A stretch of DNA of 64,000 nucleotides from Balanoglossus misakiensis. Its lineage: Eukaryota > Animalia > Hemichordata. The stretch's first letter is position 1. Each line of letters begins with the position of its first letter. Positions 39,108-51,622 of this stretch are shown in pieces. Where the stretch lies: assembly GCA_040954595.2 (NCBI GenBank), contig CM082579.2, positions 802,922 through 866,921 on the forward strand, in the 5' to 3' direction. A model generated the notes under the pieces. It had not been told where the DNA came from. It was given only the letters and a program-made list of their open reading frames with translations, and searched no databases. The translations under genes were made by a program, and so were the position numbers.

Positions 39108-39856
39108 TTACACACCCGCCATCGATCTTAAAAATGAAGGTTTGTCCTGTGGTCCATTTGTGATATTCCAAGTAGGGTGATAGAATGACAAGTTTGAAAA
39201 ATTGGCCCATCTTCCAAAGATGAATTTTTCCGTCATGTATCTGTGACCACCTGTTCCTCGGATCTCACCGGCATTTGACACATCGCATTCTTTCACTGCT
39301 TTCTTCCCATAGTAATGGTAAGGTACATCTACACGCCCAGTTTGATTTCTGTTTGGAATCAAAGAATGACAGTCTGGTTTTATACATTTCTGTTCTGTGT
39401 ATATTTTGCGGTTTCTTGTTCGGCTGGAAGCATATCAATATTACTTGTGTGCGATCACCATATAAGTATTGTTAATGTTGACAAGTCCGGACTTAAATTC
39501 AATTGTCAACAATCAATGCCGATTGTGCCCATCAATGATGTGCGCTGAAAAACAGACACGCAAAGACATTATTGTTACTCACTTCTGACAGTGATCGTGT
39601 TCAATCATTCCGTAGACTTTGATCTGCTCGCAATTTTTCAGAGCGAAAATCATGGTGAACCAACCTGTTGATAGCCAGGATTTGGATTCAACCCTAGAAG
39701 ATAATAATTTGAAAGATTAAAACCAATTAAAGCCGACAGCAATTGTGTGAAATCACGTTCCTGTATGTCTACAGACACATGCAATGGACAATACGAAAGG
39801 TCTCGCGAAAACATAACTACGGGAGAAACACAATCACCACCACCACCACCACCACC

Positions 39857-39890
<34 letters not shown>

Positions 39891-41272
39891 TGGCCGTTCA
39901 TCACCATCAATACTACCAGCACCAGTTATTTTCCGGTTGTAATATCAGGAATAATCGGATACATCACCTGGTTTTTCCAGTTTCTTCTTTAAAAAGTTCT
40001 TCACAAAAGCGCATGTGTTCATCGGTTGCGATGTACATGTCAAGACCGGGGTGATCTTTCATTATTTTAATCGATTCTTTCTTCATTGCTTTCCTGTTAT
40101 TGCTCGTCCACACCACTATTTTCTGGGAGGAGCCCTCCCTCTCGAAAAATTCAGATTTTGTATAGTGGCCCTGGGTAATCCCCAGGAACCCTACTATCCT
40201 CACTGTCGTCCTCGTTCCAACGTCTGCCTCGTAACCTTTAGTCGGTGCTATGTTCATTCGAATGACACAGGTGGCGCTGTCGATTTCATCACCGGCCTGG
40301 GTGCCTAGCAACTGTCCCGATGACGACACTACTGCACATACGTCACAGTTGATGTCGAATTTCTAAAACCATCAGATGTAGAATGACAGAAAAGGAGTTA
40401 TTTTTCAGATTATTTATGGTGAGCCGAATAAATTAACTATTTCAGAACCGTTCCATACAATTATCAGTGCATCATGGGAAGGGATGAGTAGTGATGTTTA
40501 TTTATATGACATCAATTGGTGACCAGTTCCGATCGCCTATTTATCAATGTCGGTTCGTCTGCAATTATTATATATATTTACAACTAGCTAAATTGACGGT
40601 TTAATGTTCTGATGCCCGAAAGAGAGAATAGATCTGCTGGTACATGGCCCCAAGGACGGGCACACCAGAATACAATAGTAGATGGCAATGCATATTGTAA
40701 CAAACTTTTGTCCGACTCCACGTCACATTTCAAATTCAATCAATTGCGTGTTTCGTACGCTTCCTTGTACTATTCACAATCCATACCCAGTTGGCTAATT
40801 ACCGTTGGCTAATTACCGGCGCGCCATCTTTCTACTAGCTAGGGAGCATTTACTTATTACAAAAATAATTGCGGGGCTGTGGGGGCTCTGTACTGCACTG
40901 AATCCTGACTACATGCATCATGTGAATATTTTAGAAATTGACACGAATCCTAATTACCTGGGACTCATTTTTTATTCTAACATACTGCGCATGTGGATAG
41001 TCTTCAAACCATTCCCTGGATGTCCTCGGTCGATATGTCACGTGAGTTGTCTGGCCATCTGACCTCGTATTGTTTTTCGGGTCTAGATCTTGTGAACTGC
41101 TCTCTGTGAACTGTCGTGATAGTTTTTCTGGGTTCCCGGATGATCTGCCCGGTGTTTCCTTCTGATGCCGCGTATTCCGAGAATAGTAAATCAAGGTATA
41201 CGCCCCGATGCTTAATTGCAAAGTCACCAAAACTGCTATCGCTGTAATCTTTTTCTTGTGTGACGACGTCAT
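39108..41272 (-). CDS. ST6GALNAC: GT29 sialyltransferase C, ST6GalNAc III-VI type, ~353 aa, 4 coding exons
   Basis: Exons 41272-40958, 40362-39968, 39693-39583, 39348-39108. Motif L, motif S (RVESKSWLSTGWFTMIFALKNC..IKVYGM), VPYHYY and HRYMTEK. Confidence 0.88.
39834..39891. repeat. Compound (CAC)n(CAT)n microsatellite in intron 2 of sialyltransferase C
   Basis: Seen directly. Confidence 0.92.
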
Positions 41273-43401
41273 CGCAAGCAGTTGCAGAAGTTTGCCAGTA
41301 CTTCGATGATCATAGTTGGTACGAAATTAAATTTCCAGTTCTTTTTCTGAAAGTACAAATGACACCAAGTCATATTACGGCATATTTTTTAAAAACTCGT
41401 CCGAAAGCAGACCCAGAAACTTCCAATCTTGTGAATTCATACTCGAGTGACGTTGATCATTTGGAAGAAATTATAACTTCAAAGCGGTTCGTGAAACACG
41501 CATGTAGGCTCCAATGCAAAGTTAGTTCAAGTCAGCTCTGCGCTATGCGCGTATTGAAACCCTCAGATTTTATTTCGTGTATGTACAGGACGGCAAGATC
41601 ACCACCACACCCACACACGTACGTACACAAATAGCTTTTTTCCATAGCTAAAGCGGAGACCACATGCGACTCTGGTGAGACCAATTATAGGCAGATGATA
41701 ACTGCATTTAAATTAATGGTAGATAGATTTCTACCCAGAATTATCGGCACGCACACAACCCATACCCACAACCACAGACAAAAAGGAAAGATCTGTCTTT
41801 TCTCTTTGTCTGTGCCACATAGTCCAGAGGGGCTCCGCTTATATGTAGGTTTTCGGAAGTTTGAAAATTAATATTTTGTGTAATCACTACTAACCTCCCA
41901 CGTTCTGCGACTGACGGCTGTCCACATGGAATACTAGTGTGAGAAGCGAATCGCGAGTCCCTAAGCCACCGACCCCCTCAGAAGCACGTACATGACAGCT
42001 TCAAACGGTCGAGACTCAACTACATTAGGCTAACCAGCGGCCACGTTGGCAAGGTAACTGACGTGACTGAGATGCAATAGACAACATAGGAAAGGTCCAC
42101 ACCCACCCACTGCCTTCCTTCTCAACTCAGGGAACATCTATATGCCTGAAGAAACATCTTCTATTCTAAAACAACGATGTGAGCCATTAATATTGGCTGC
42201 AATTCCGACTAATGATTTAACAGCCAACATAAAGGGGCACATAATAAGGACGTGCCCTTCACTTCAACATTTCAGAGCGCATGCGTGCGTATACATTTCA
42301 TGTATTCTTATTGGGTGATACCATTTAGCGAAATATGTGAAGCAGTTCTTAACGAGTGTCGATGAACGATCTGTATTCGTTTCTTCTTCGTGTACCTACA
42401 CTGACAAACCTTTGTTGAAAATCAGAAGAGTTGAAGATAATTTCCAGATTATGCTGGGTGGAGGTCTTTAACGTCAAATGCTGCAGAGGTAGGCTTACCA
42501 CCCCTTCGGAAGAGGCCACATATCCGGCGCCTCAGGCTCACAGTACATTATTCCACGTTTCTCAATGCAGTTTAACCAACTGACAAGGTCAACTGACCAT
42601 GACCAACGGGGATGTCAGGACAAAGAGGTATATCAAGACCGTAAACAATTACAGAATAACAAAAACGGCAGCCGCAAACAGAGAAGTTCTGTTTAAAATT
42701 ATCATCCATTTCTGTTTGGTTATTACATTTCTTAAGAACACCATGCACGTGTTTGGATGGGTATTTTTTTCATTCATTCGCTGTCATATTCAAATACTTC
42801 TCTTTTCAGTGACAGAAAGTTGCATGGATAACCTCTAGTAGCAAAACGACCAATAAGTGAAACCTGCCAAAAAAAGTCGTTTGAATGTAGAAACAGTTCT
42901 TTTTTCTGCAATAACGCTGACTTCTATGTTTTGTCAATTTATGGGGACTGGACAGTATAAAGGTCACGAACATACCAACAAGTACTATTTCTACTAGGTT
43001 TGGGAAATTTCAAAATATAAATTGCTAAAAGAATCCGTTTGGTAGAGGAGGGAGTCCAAGAATGATCCGCCAGCATCTCAAAGAAATTGCACATTTATGA
43101 ACAGGCTACAGCTGAATAAAACTTCACCTTAAAAATTGTTCCAAACACTGAAAGCTTATTAAAACATATGCCAAGTGGGACTGTAGAAAGAGTATATCAT
43201 TCTGACAAGTCTTTTTAAAAAACTGTTATTAAAAAAATTATCAAGTGTTTGTCACTCAAGATAACTGCAAGGTTTTCTCTCACTTTGCCTTCTACCCATT
43301 TGTCAGGAAAATGCAAATCAAGAAATAACACCAATTTGGACTTTGTACTTTTCATGAATTTCTGACGAGGCAATGGTTAATCTGCATGGGGGACATACAT
43401 G

Positions 43402-45653
43402 TCATTTTTTGCCCGTTTTTCTTACAGGCGGTCTTCTTGCAGCTGCCTGGACACCATATTTGTTCATTGGTGACTTTAAAAACATCGGTTTCGCCTTCGA
43501 TTCTTGCGAAATATCCCAGGATGGATGATGGAAAGTGATATCTGCAACTTCTGCCCACTTTCGAAAAACATACTTTTCAGTCATGTATCTATGGGCACCT
43601 TTTCTTCTCGTCTCACCAGCATTGTAAACTTTACACTCTGTTGAGCCATTAGCATCGTAGTAATGGTAGGGCACATCAACTTTTGGAGCATTGCTTCTGA
43701 AAAAAAAACAAATTAATCACAGGCTACTTTCATGACCGAGTGACCTTACATCCTGGTGTGTTGTTGGTATGACATCATAAATCATTGTAATATATCACCC
43801 TTCTTTGGCTGAGTAAAGTCTCTAAATTAGGTCACTCGTTGATATTTATTTGACCTGCTCAAGAGAAGGTACAATTTAGAACAATTTACCTTTCACAGTA
43901 ATCTGATTCAACCATTCCATAGATATGGATCTTGTCACAAACATGCAATGCCATGGTCATGGTAAACCATCCTGTGGATAACCATGAACCAGAACTTCCC
44001 CTGAAATGAAAGATAAGCAACATATTATAATCATTAAATGATGTGTAACATGCAAATTATTTTCATACTGTTGAACTCATCAAGAGATAAATTTTCTCGT
44101 CAAACTTGTGCAAGAAATCAATGGTTACAGTTTGGAGGAAAAACAAACTATCGTTATTGTACGCCACTGGGGGCGCTGTTCTGTAGTAACACAACTGTAC
44201 TTCAATTTGTTTGAACAAATCACTTACCTTGCTTTGCCAGTTTCTCTTCCAAACAACTCATCGGTGAACTGCATTTGTTTCTTTGAAGCATAGTAAAATT
44301 CTATGTTTGGATAATATGTACTCAAATTTGTGAAAGCATTGAATATTTTAGGAAACACTCTTGGTTCATATGATGACCATAAGACTATTTTCTCAGGCTG
44401 ACTTTCCCCATCTAATATGTTTCGTTTTGTCAAAGCCTTGGCCTGCATTGTAATGAATGACACCATTCTCATTGTGGTCCTCCTCCCAACATCTTTTTCA
44501 TATCCTTGCACAGGAGCAGCGTTCATTCGTATCACACATGATGACTTGTCAATTTCAGCCCCAGCATTGGTTCCTAACAGTTGTCCTGAGGTTGACACAA
44601 TAGCACAGATATCACAGTGGAAATCCAACTTCTGAAAGGAAGGGACAAGAGAATACCATAACTTTGTTTGTTTGTTTGTTTGTTTGTTTACTGTAATCCT
44701 CTTGGCAAGTTATGGTTTCAACCCAATGAAGTTCAAACACAAACCCAGCCTAATAAACATTGACTTTCTGCAGACAAAGCATTGATTTTTTAGCCTTGAA
44801 TAAATTATTGAATTTTCTGAAATACTTGGCACTCCCTCTGTAGAATACATGTACATAATTTATACGATACAAGTCAAAGCTGCTCTTTGCTTATGTGGGG
44901 GGGGGGGGGGGGGCGCGAGTAAGCTCATATTGAGCGACACCCCATGATGATGATGCTGATGATGATGATAATAAATATTCTTTTTAAAAAAATATGCGGC
45001 ATTCCTTGCTGTTTTTGTCGATGTTGTAAATTAGATAAGAGATATGGTTGCCCAGCGTCACCAGGCTCATAGAGTGACGCTGGGCGACCATAAGACGTTG
45101 GGCGCGGCGTTGGACTCTGTCTCGTGTGGTGGTACTGTGCGAATAGTATTCAAGAAAAAGTATGTGGCTACAATCCTGAAATTATGCAAACATTGAAAGT
45201 AAACCTTCAAATGTAATCTGATCAACAGAAACTTACCTTTTTATTGTCTTTAATGTACAGGTATTCATCTGGAAATCCTCGAATAATACTCTCAGCCGTG
45301 AGGTGAACGCTATGCAGAGATTCTTGGGTCGTCAAGTTCGACAATATATGCGTTTCGGAGACATCGCCATGTTGAATATCAACCTCAGCGTGTACATTCG
45401 CCGGTAAAACAGTTGGCTCACGTTTACTCACGTCCTCGAGGCGTTCCCCACAAGAAAGTGTAAAGGTTGCCGTATTAGAGTTGTTTCCGTGTGGATTACA
45501 AAATACCTGTCTTCCATTCACCGTCAGACGAATTGATTGACTTTGTTGGTACTGAGACAATCCAGCGTTATCATAAAATTTAACATAATAGAACAACACC
45601 CCAATCTGGAAAACGGCAAATACGCCAATCGCTAATCCCTTGTACCGCATCAT
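43402..45653 (-). CDS. ST6GALNAC: GT29 sialyltransferase D, ST6GalNAc III-VI type, ~408 aa, 4 coding exons
   Basis: Exons 45653-45237, 44631-44228, 44000-43890, 43696-43402. Motif L (CAIVSTSGQLLG...CVIRMNAAPVQGYEKDVG), motif S (GSWLSTGWFTMTMALHVCDKIHIYGM), VPYHYY and HRYMTEK. Confidence 0.9.
45043..45092. repeat. 19-bp inverted repeat (1 mismatch) with a 12-nt spacer, in intron 1 of sialyltransferase D
   Basis: Arms tatggttgcccagcgtcac and gtgacgctgggcgaccata. Confidence 0.82.
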
Positions 45654-47085
45654 GAATGGTCCACTATCTGCTTCGATCGTCCATGTTTATGATTACTCGA
45701 TTTCTGATAGACATCCGCGTAGAAATTTTTGTTACGACAAGAAACAGCAGGTGCGAATCTAAACTGTGACCGGCGGAAGAGGTGATCGTTCGTCTATGGC
45801 TTCACACTACTGATTTGCATGCATTATGTAACAAATATTTGCATCAACAAAAGCGACGTACATGTATATCGACATAAAGACAATACGCGTACACGCTCGC
45901 ACCAGGCGCCCGGACGCGCCGGATATGATAGGTGTTACCAGCACAAGCTGTAAGTGTTACCAGAAAACGGCAATTTTCCGATGATCGACTGGTTTGCCTC
46001 TTTCAGGCTTTACTGATGGATGCGCGTGCCTGAACTTCAAAGTGAAATAAAATGGTATTTGGTGGCATTTCTAGAGTTTCAAACGATTGACACTTATCAT
46101 GGAGGTACCTCCATGCATGCACTGATCAAGGAAAGTAAAATGTTGCTTATCTCAATCCTATTCGAAGTTAGCATAACCACTTTGTCTGTGGCATAACCCT
46201 TTCTGTTACCTTTCTGTTACCCCCTCTACAGTCAATGCTTTAATGTTATGGAACCAAGGGGCTGGCGACGACGACAAACAATGGCCCATAAAGCATTGTT
46301 TGTCGTCGACAAAGAAAATGAAGGACGGGTCACTCCGCTGCAAAAGGCGTGATTGTGAGGTCCAAATGTCCATGCCAATACTGAGACGCGAGTGGGTCAA
46401 TCGCTGATCAGGCTGTGTGTGTACATGGCAACTGTCACACAAGTGATTTCTACGACACCAAAGTTGACAGCTTGTCCCGTCGTATGAAGTTTGGTAATGG
46501 TGTTGAGGGATAATACATGCAGAAGTTGCATGCATTGCCGGGCTTAGAAACACTTGGGTCTCGAACACGAATGCACGGAAGTGTTGTTTGTGTACGTGTG
46601 ACCCGTCGTCAACAACAATAACGGTGAGTTTTCATTTCAGATTACATGTATATTGCTTGCGCTGGTGTTGCTATACACGAGTAGACAGCGGTTTCATTTT
46701 ATTGTTTAGACTGGTGCATTGTGTGAAACGATAAGTTGGAGAATGACTTTTCTTCGACGCCAGTACACTTTCGACGGAATGCTGCTATTGCGTTGGAGGC
46801 CTGGTTACCATGGCTATGCATGGGAAACCCATCCCCATGCCTCCATATGACAATGTAGAGAGTGTTGTCGGTGCCATGTTACATTCAGACCCGCTAAACG
46901 TATTTGACAAGGATGGCTTCAAATATCCCGAGAAAATATTTGCTAAAGTAATATCCGCATCGTGTCGTGTTATTTTCTTCTTGTCTGATAATTGAGAAAT
47001 AACATTACCAGCAAAACTGTAAAATTCTTCTAAGATTGAGACATAAATTGCCATCGAATAAAATCTCACCATTGTATTTCTAGTG
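45654..47085. promoter_or_regulatory. Divergent (head-to-head) promoter region between sialyltransferase D and T1
   Basis: Start codons point away from each other 1.4 kb apart. The region is CpG-rich, has a probable T1 5'UTR donor acg|gtgagt at ~46623, and contains an 18-bp palindrome at 46098-46115. Confidence 0.5.
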
Positions 47086-50016
47086 ATGGGTTGTGCACCG
47101 AGTACGGCCAGGTCTGTGACCATTCCAAATACCACACGACAACTGCAAGATACATATAACGTGGATGATAAGAAAGAAGAAACGTTAGATTTCACTTTGA
47201 TTGAGACTCGCACCTCTGAAATTGACGATATTTTGGAATATTTACGCCATCAAGATGACTTTGCCAAAGAGAGAACAGTGAATGAAAAACTTGTCTCATT
47301 ATCGGACAGATTTTATAGTCCGTCGGATGACTCTGCGTTTAAGGTTTATTCCGACTACCTAGCACTAGGTGGATATCCGCAGATATACGTTCAAATCTTC
47401 AAACAACTCCACGACTATGATTTTCTAAACTTCAAATCTAAAAAGGACGCATTGGCGCTGATTGGCTGTTACGTAGCAACGAGTATTTTGTGGAACACCT
47501 GCGATTCTTCTCGTTTGATGTGCAGAGAAGTCGGCAAGGCGGGAATAATCGAGTTGATGATCGGTGATCTGAGAGAGCTGAAGGAATACGCAGTGATGAA
47601 GGAGAGAGACGAATACAAAGACGCTTACCTGGAAAGTTTACTTGCATCGCTCCACAATATCATTCGACTTTACCCGGATAACAGAGGATCCTTTCGCGAC
47701 GCAGGCGCAGTAGAACTTCTGGAGCACTACTTGCGGATGAAAACCATACTTTATCGTTCCTATGCCCTGTTGACCTTGTCATACATTGTTAACGACGACG
47801 AAAACCATAGAATCAACACAAACAATGAAAATCTTGAATTTCTGGTGAAGTTGTTGAAATCGTCCGTTGAAGCCCCGGATCACAGAGAGGGAGACCATGC
47901 GTTCCACTGCACTGAACTTGTCGCTGGCATGACGAAGCTAGCTGTCAACGACGAGAACAAGGTAAAGTCCTTTCCCTTAGGATTGTGGGATTAGATAAAC
48001 CTCGATCTAGTGACAAAAAGAATAAGGTAAACCTTAGTCAAATGAGTGTAGAGTAATGAAATTAATATTGGCAAGCAGTAGATTTGACCAAACTGCGAAA
48101 CTGCAAATGACCACTGAAATATATATAAAAACATCCCTATTTTGTGTAGGAATAAGTATGGTTTTATGTATGAAGTTTATTCTGTGTTCGTCTATTAACT
48201 CTACAGGTTAAGCTGGTCAACTTGGCTGTGCTAAAACCTCTTGTGAAAATGTTACAAGTCAACTGCACAGAGGAAGAGAATCTTCTAGCAGCAACTGCGA
48301 TCTGGACTCTGGCTTTTCACAAAGAAAATAAAAGTAAAATTAGATTTGAGGATGGCTGTGTTGAAGGTAATATTATACATTAGTGCCTAGAGTCGATTTG
48401 TTTGTTTGTTTGCTTGCTTGCTTGTTTGGAAATGTACAAGTTGGATTCGAACACCCATATAAGTGTGACATTCCAACATATTTGGTATAAAAACTATCCA
48501 ATGAACGATTTCAGCGCTTGAACGACTCTACAAGTCCTCTTTCAATGGACTCCGCAAAGCCTGCGATGGTGCACTATGGGAACTGAAACTGGAAGAAAAG
48601 GAGAGAGAAGTCACGCCATCAACGACGACCAGGAAGAGAGGTCACGTGATGATTAGTTATAACTGGGACGTTCAGAAACTAATCATTCGATTGAAAGACA
48701 AGTTGCAATCAGCCGGATTCCAAGTGTGGATGGATATAGAAAAAATGGGTTGGTATTTTGATATTTCATCCATTGTTTGAGTATAAATAATTGGCCAATC
48801 GTCTTTTGTTGTACTAGTATATCATTCGATTACACTTATGTGTCATCAACTCTACTTGACGTTCCTTACACCTGATTTCTAGGAGAGTGTCAGAGAAATG
48901 ATTTGTGTCTTAACATCCAACAGGTGGTTCCACACTGCAAGCAATGGCGGAAGCAGTGCAGGGTGCTGACGTAGTACTCATTTGCATGTCGGAGAAATAT
49001 ATATACAGCAATCCCTGCAGATCAGGTGAGAAACTTCACCTTTGCTAGTATTCAAAAGAGGTAGTAGTCAGTTGTATGTCATATTCATATGACGTAGTAA
49101 TATTTGCAAAAGAAGACTATTTCTGTAGAGTGAGTGAGACAAATACAATACGATGACGTCACTATTATTACAATGATATGACATGCCTTTGTATGCCATT
49201 AACGTAAAGGAGTGTTGTCAAGCAAATTCATAGTTCTACGTCTACCATGGGGATGTTTTTGATAAAACTTCAGAAGCTGAATACACATACAAGCTGGGCA
49301 AGGACTACATTCCTGTAAGGGTTCAACCTAGTTACACGCCCGACGGATGGCTCGGCATAATGGTTGGTACAAAGCTGTATTTTGACTTCAGCTCCAATGC
49401 TAACCTGGAGGGCAATTTTGCAAACTTGGTGCGGGAGCTGGGTGAGCGAGGGAAAGTGACATCCACTATTACACAGTCTCGAGGTAAATATACGATCCCA
49501 TGTCATTATCAAATCAACTGCCATGAAAAAAAATGAAGAAATATGTTTAACAATGTCTTGGTACATGTATCTAAATATACACGTCTAAATATTTGATGTC
49601 CTCTTGCTATGATTGTCAATAACGCTCTTACATATTGCATAGGCTCGGTTTGTATTTTACCAACTTTTGAGGCCATTGTAGTCTTCTAGGTCTAGCGGCT
49701 GAGTAACATATTAAAATGATAAGAAATTCCGTTCACAGCGGTTGGTGTTGAAGCAACGCCCACAGGAGCTTTCCAGTCCTCCCACAATTCACCTGTATCA
49801 GCGTGGACCAACGATGACGTCATCGCTTGGCTGAAGGAGAACGAGCTGGGTCACATGGCGTCGAAATTCGGGAGATACTCGGGCCGAAAACTCTTGACTC
49901 TCCGGAAGATCTCACTGGAGGCGCCACAGTTCTTTTACGAATCGGTGCAAAACAAACTCGGAATGAAAGACTTGTACGACATCGTCACATTCAAAGAGGC
50001 CCTGGAAGAACTCTGA
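47086..50016 (+). CDS. ARM-TIR-SAM protein T1, ~619 aa, 6 coding exons, N-terminus MGCAPS
   Basis: Exons 47086-47961, 48207-48366, 48515-48748, 48924-49025, 49274-49483, 49739-50016 join in frame. ARM-like helical repeats (LAVNDENK, AATAIWTLAF, ACDGALW). TIR_2-type domain HVMISYNWD...VWMD...AMAEAV...CRSEAEY...IPVRVQ...DGWLG. SAM-like end (WTNDDVIAWL). AATAAA at 50306. Confidence 0.87.
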
Positions 50017-51622
50017 ATTGAGCTGCAAAAGTTGCTATCACCACGTGACAAATTTCAGCAAACTCCATCAACTTCGACAGAATACTAGTAAGCAGACTAC
50101 ACGACAAAGACATGTTTTTCATTAGACTTTACGAATTCAAATCTAACTTTATAAGAAAGAGATCTTCAGTATCGTTATGATAGCGAACAAATTTATAAAT
50201 ACTATGTTCACATGTTCGATTTCCTTATATGGGTAAATTATGCATGGTTAGGATTCCCATAAATCAATTTTGAGCAAAATGGATATTTTGTTATTTTCAT
50301 GTTGAAATAAAAAAACATGAAGTCACTTTTTGAGGAGTGAGACAATTATCAGGGGTCAGTCACAGAGTGTGTTTTATTGTCTGGTTGTCGTCACCTCAAA
50401 CTGCAGCCTACTAATCCAAAACTGCAGGTAACAACATGTCTCACTCATGTCAGGATCAACGCATTTCCATTTGCCCTCAAGTGACACCGACTCATTCAAA
50501 ATAACTGCCTCAGGGGTTAAGTTTCCTCCAGAAGACATTACCTCGCATATGTACTTTTATGCTATGTATTCCATATCTTTTAATATAACTCCCTCTCCCT
50601 GCAGGAATTCTCCAAAAAGTATGAAATGTTACGGAGACCATACAAATTGATGTTTATTTGAACGTCTGAACACATTGATCAGTTGTTGAAATCATATCTC
50701 TGCAGTGGTCACGGATGGGCAAGTCGCTGTGTTTGAAAAATATACGAGCAAGCGCTTTCTTGTCGTAGAGCTTTTCTTATGCTAATATTGGACCTGTCGT
50801 AGCCTAGTGTCCATGGCAACCACTAACAGGAACTGCGACGACATAGGTGGTGGAAGCTGCATGAACACTGACGACAGTCTCTGCAGTGGACGTGACCGTG
50901 CTATTGTCACAAGTTCAATGACACTGAAAGTAACACTTTCATGCGGATTGTGAATTCAAGTACTTGCCAAAGACTGGGTGAGTTTAGAACTTGTCTGTGT
51001 TTCACCTTTTCAGGACACGTTTACGCTTTGTTTCCACGAAAGTGGATTTTCCGGACCTGTTTTTAGCCCTGGTGTTTGCGCACATGTAACAATGGACACT
51101 TTTTCAGACGGATTAATACATGTATATCGCTTACTCTGTGCACACTTTGCTGCTGGAGTACCTTTTAGTAATTTTCAACTTTGACAACTTTGTTTACGAA
51201 AGCCACGTCATTCTGGGGAACATATACACGGTGGGCTTATTGTATATGAGGAAGTTCATAGTTTGATTTGGCATGAATTCTAATAACAAATACACACAAA
51301 TCTTTCCTCTTGTTTTGTTTTGAGGCGTTTTGTTTTCGTTTACTATGAATCAAAGGTAGGAATTTGTCATAGACACGTACGCTGAACCTGAGATCACCGT
51401 TTAAAAAAAAACAATACCATATGTGCAGTACTTGTTCATCACACAATGGTTGACTTCCGCATTCCTACAGTGAAAACTTGCGTCTTCAGTTCTATAGTAG
51501 CCCCTGCATATTCTTAAATCGTTGTTTCCCTCGCTTGTAAAAATACAAATAATGTCGCCTTACTCTTCAGGTTGCGCAGACGATCGTTGTCATCTCAAAA
51601 GGCAGAATCATAAAGCGCCCTC

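Noticed and set aside
39650-40054. Poly-Gly/Pro/Thr ORFs
   Set aside because: They are readings of the intronic (CAC)n(CAT)n repeat.
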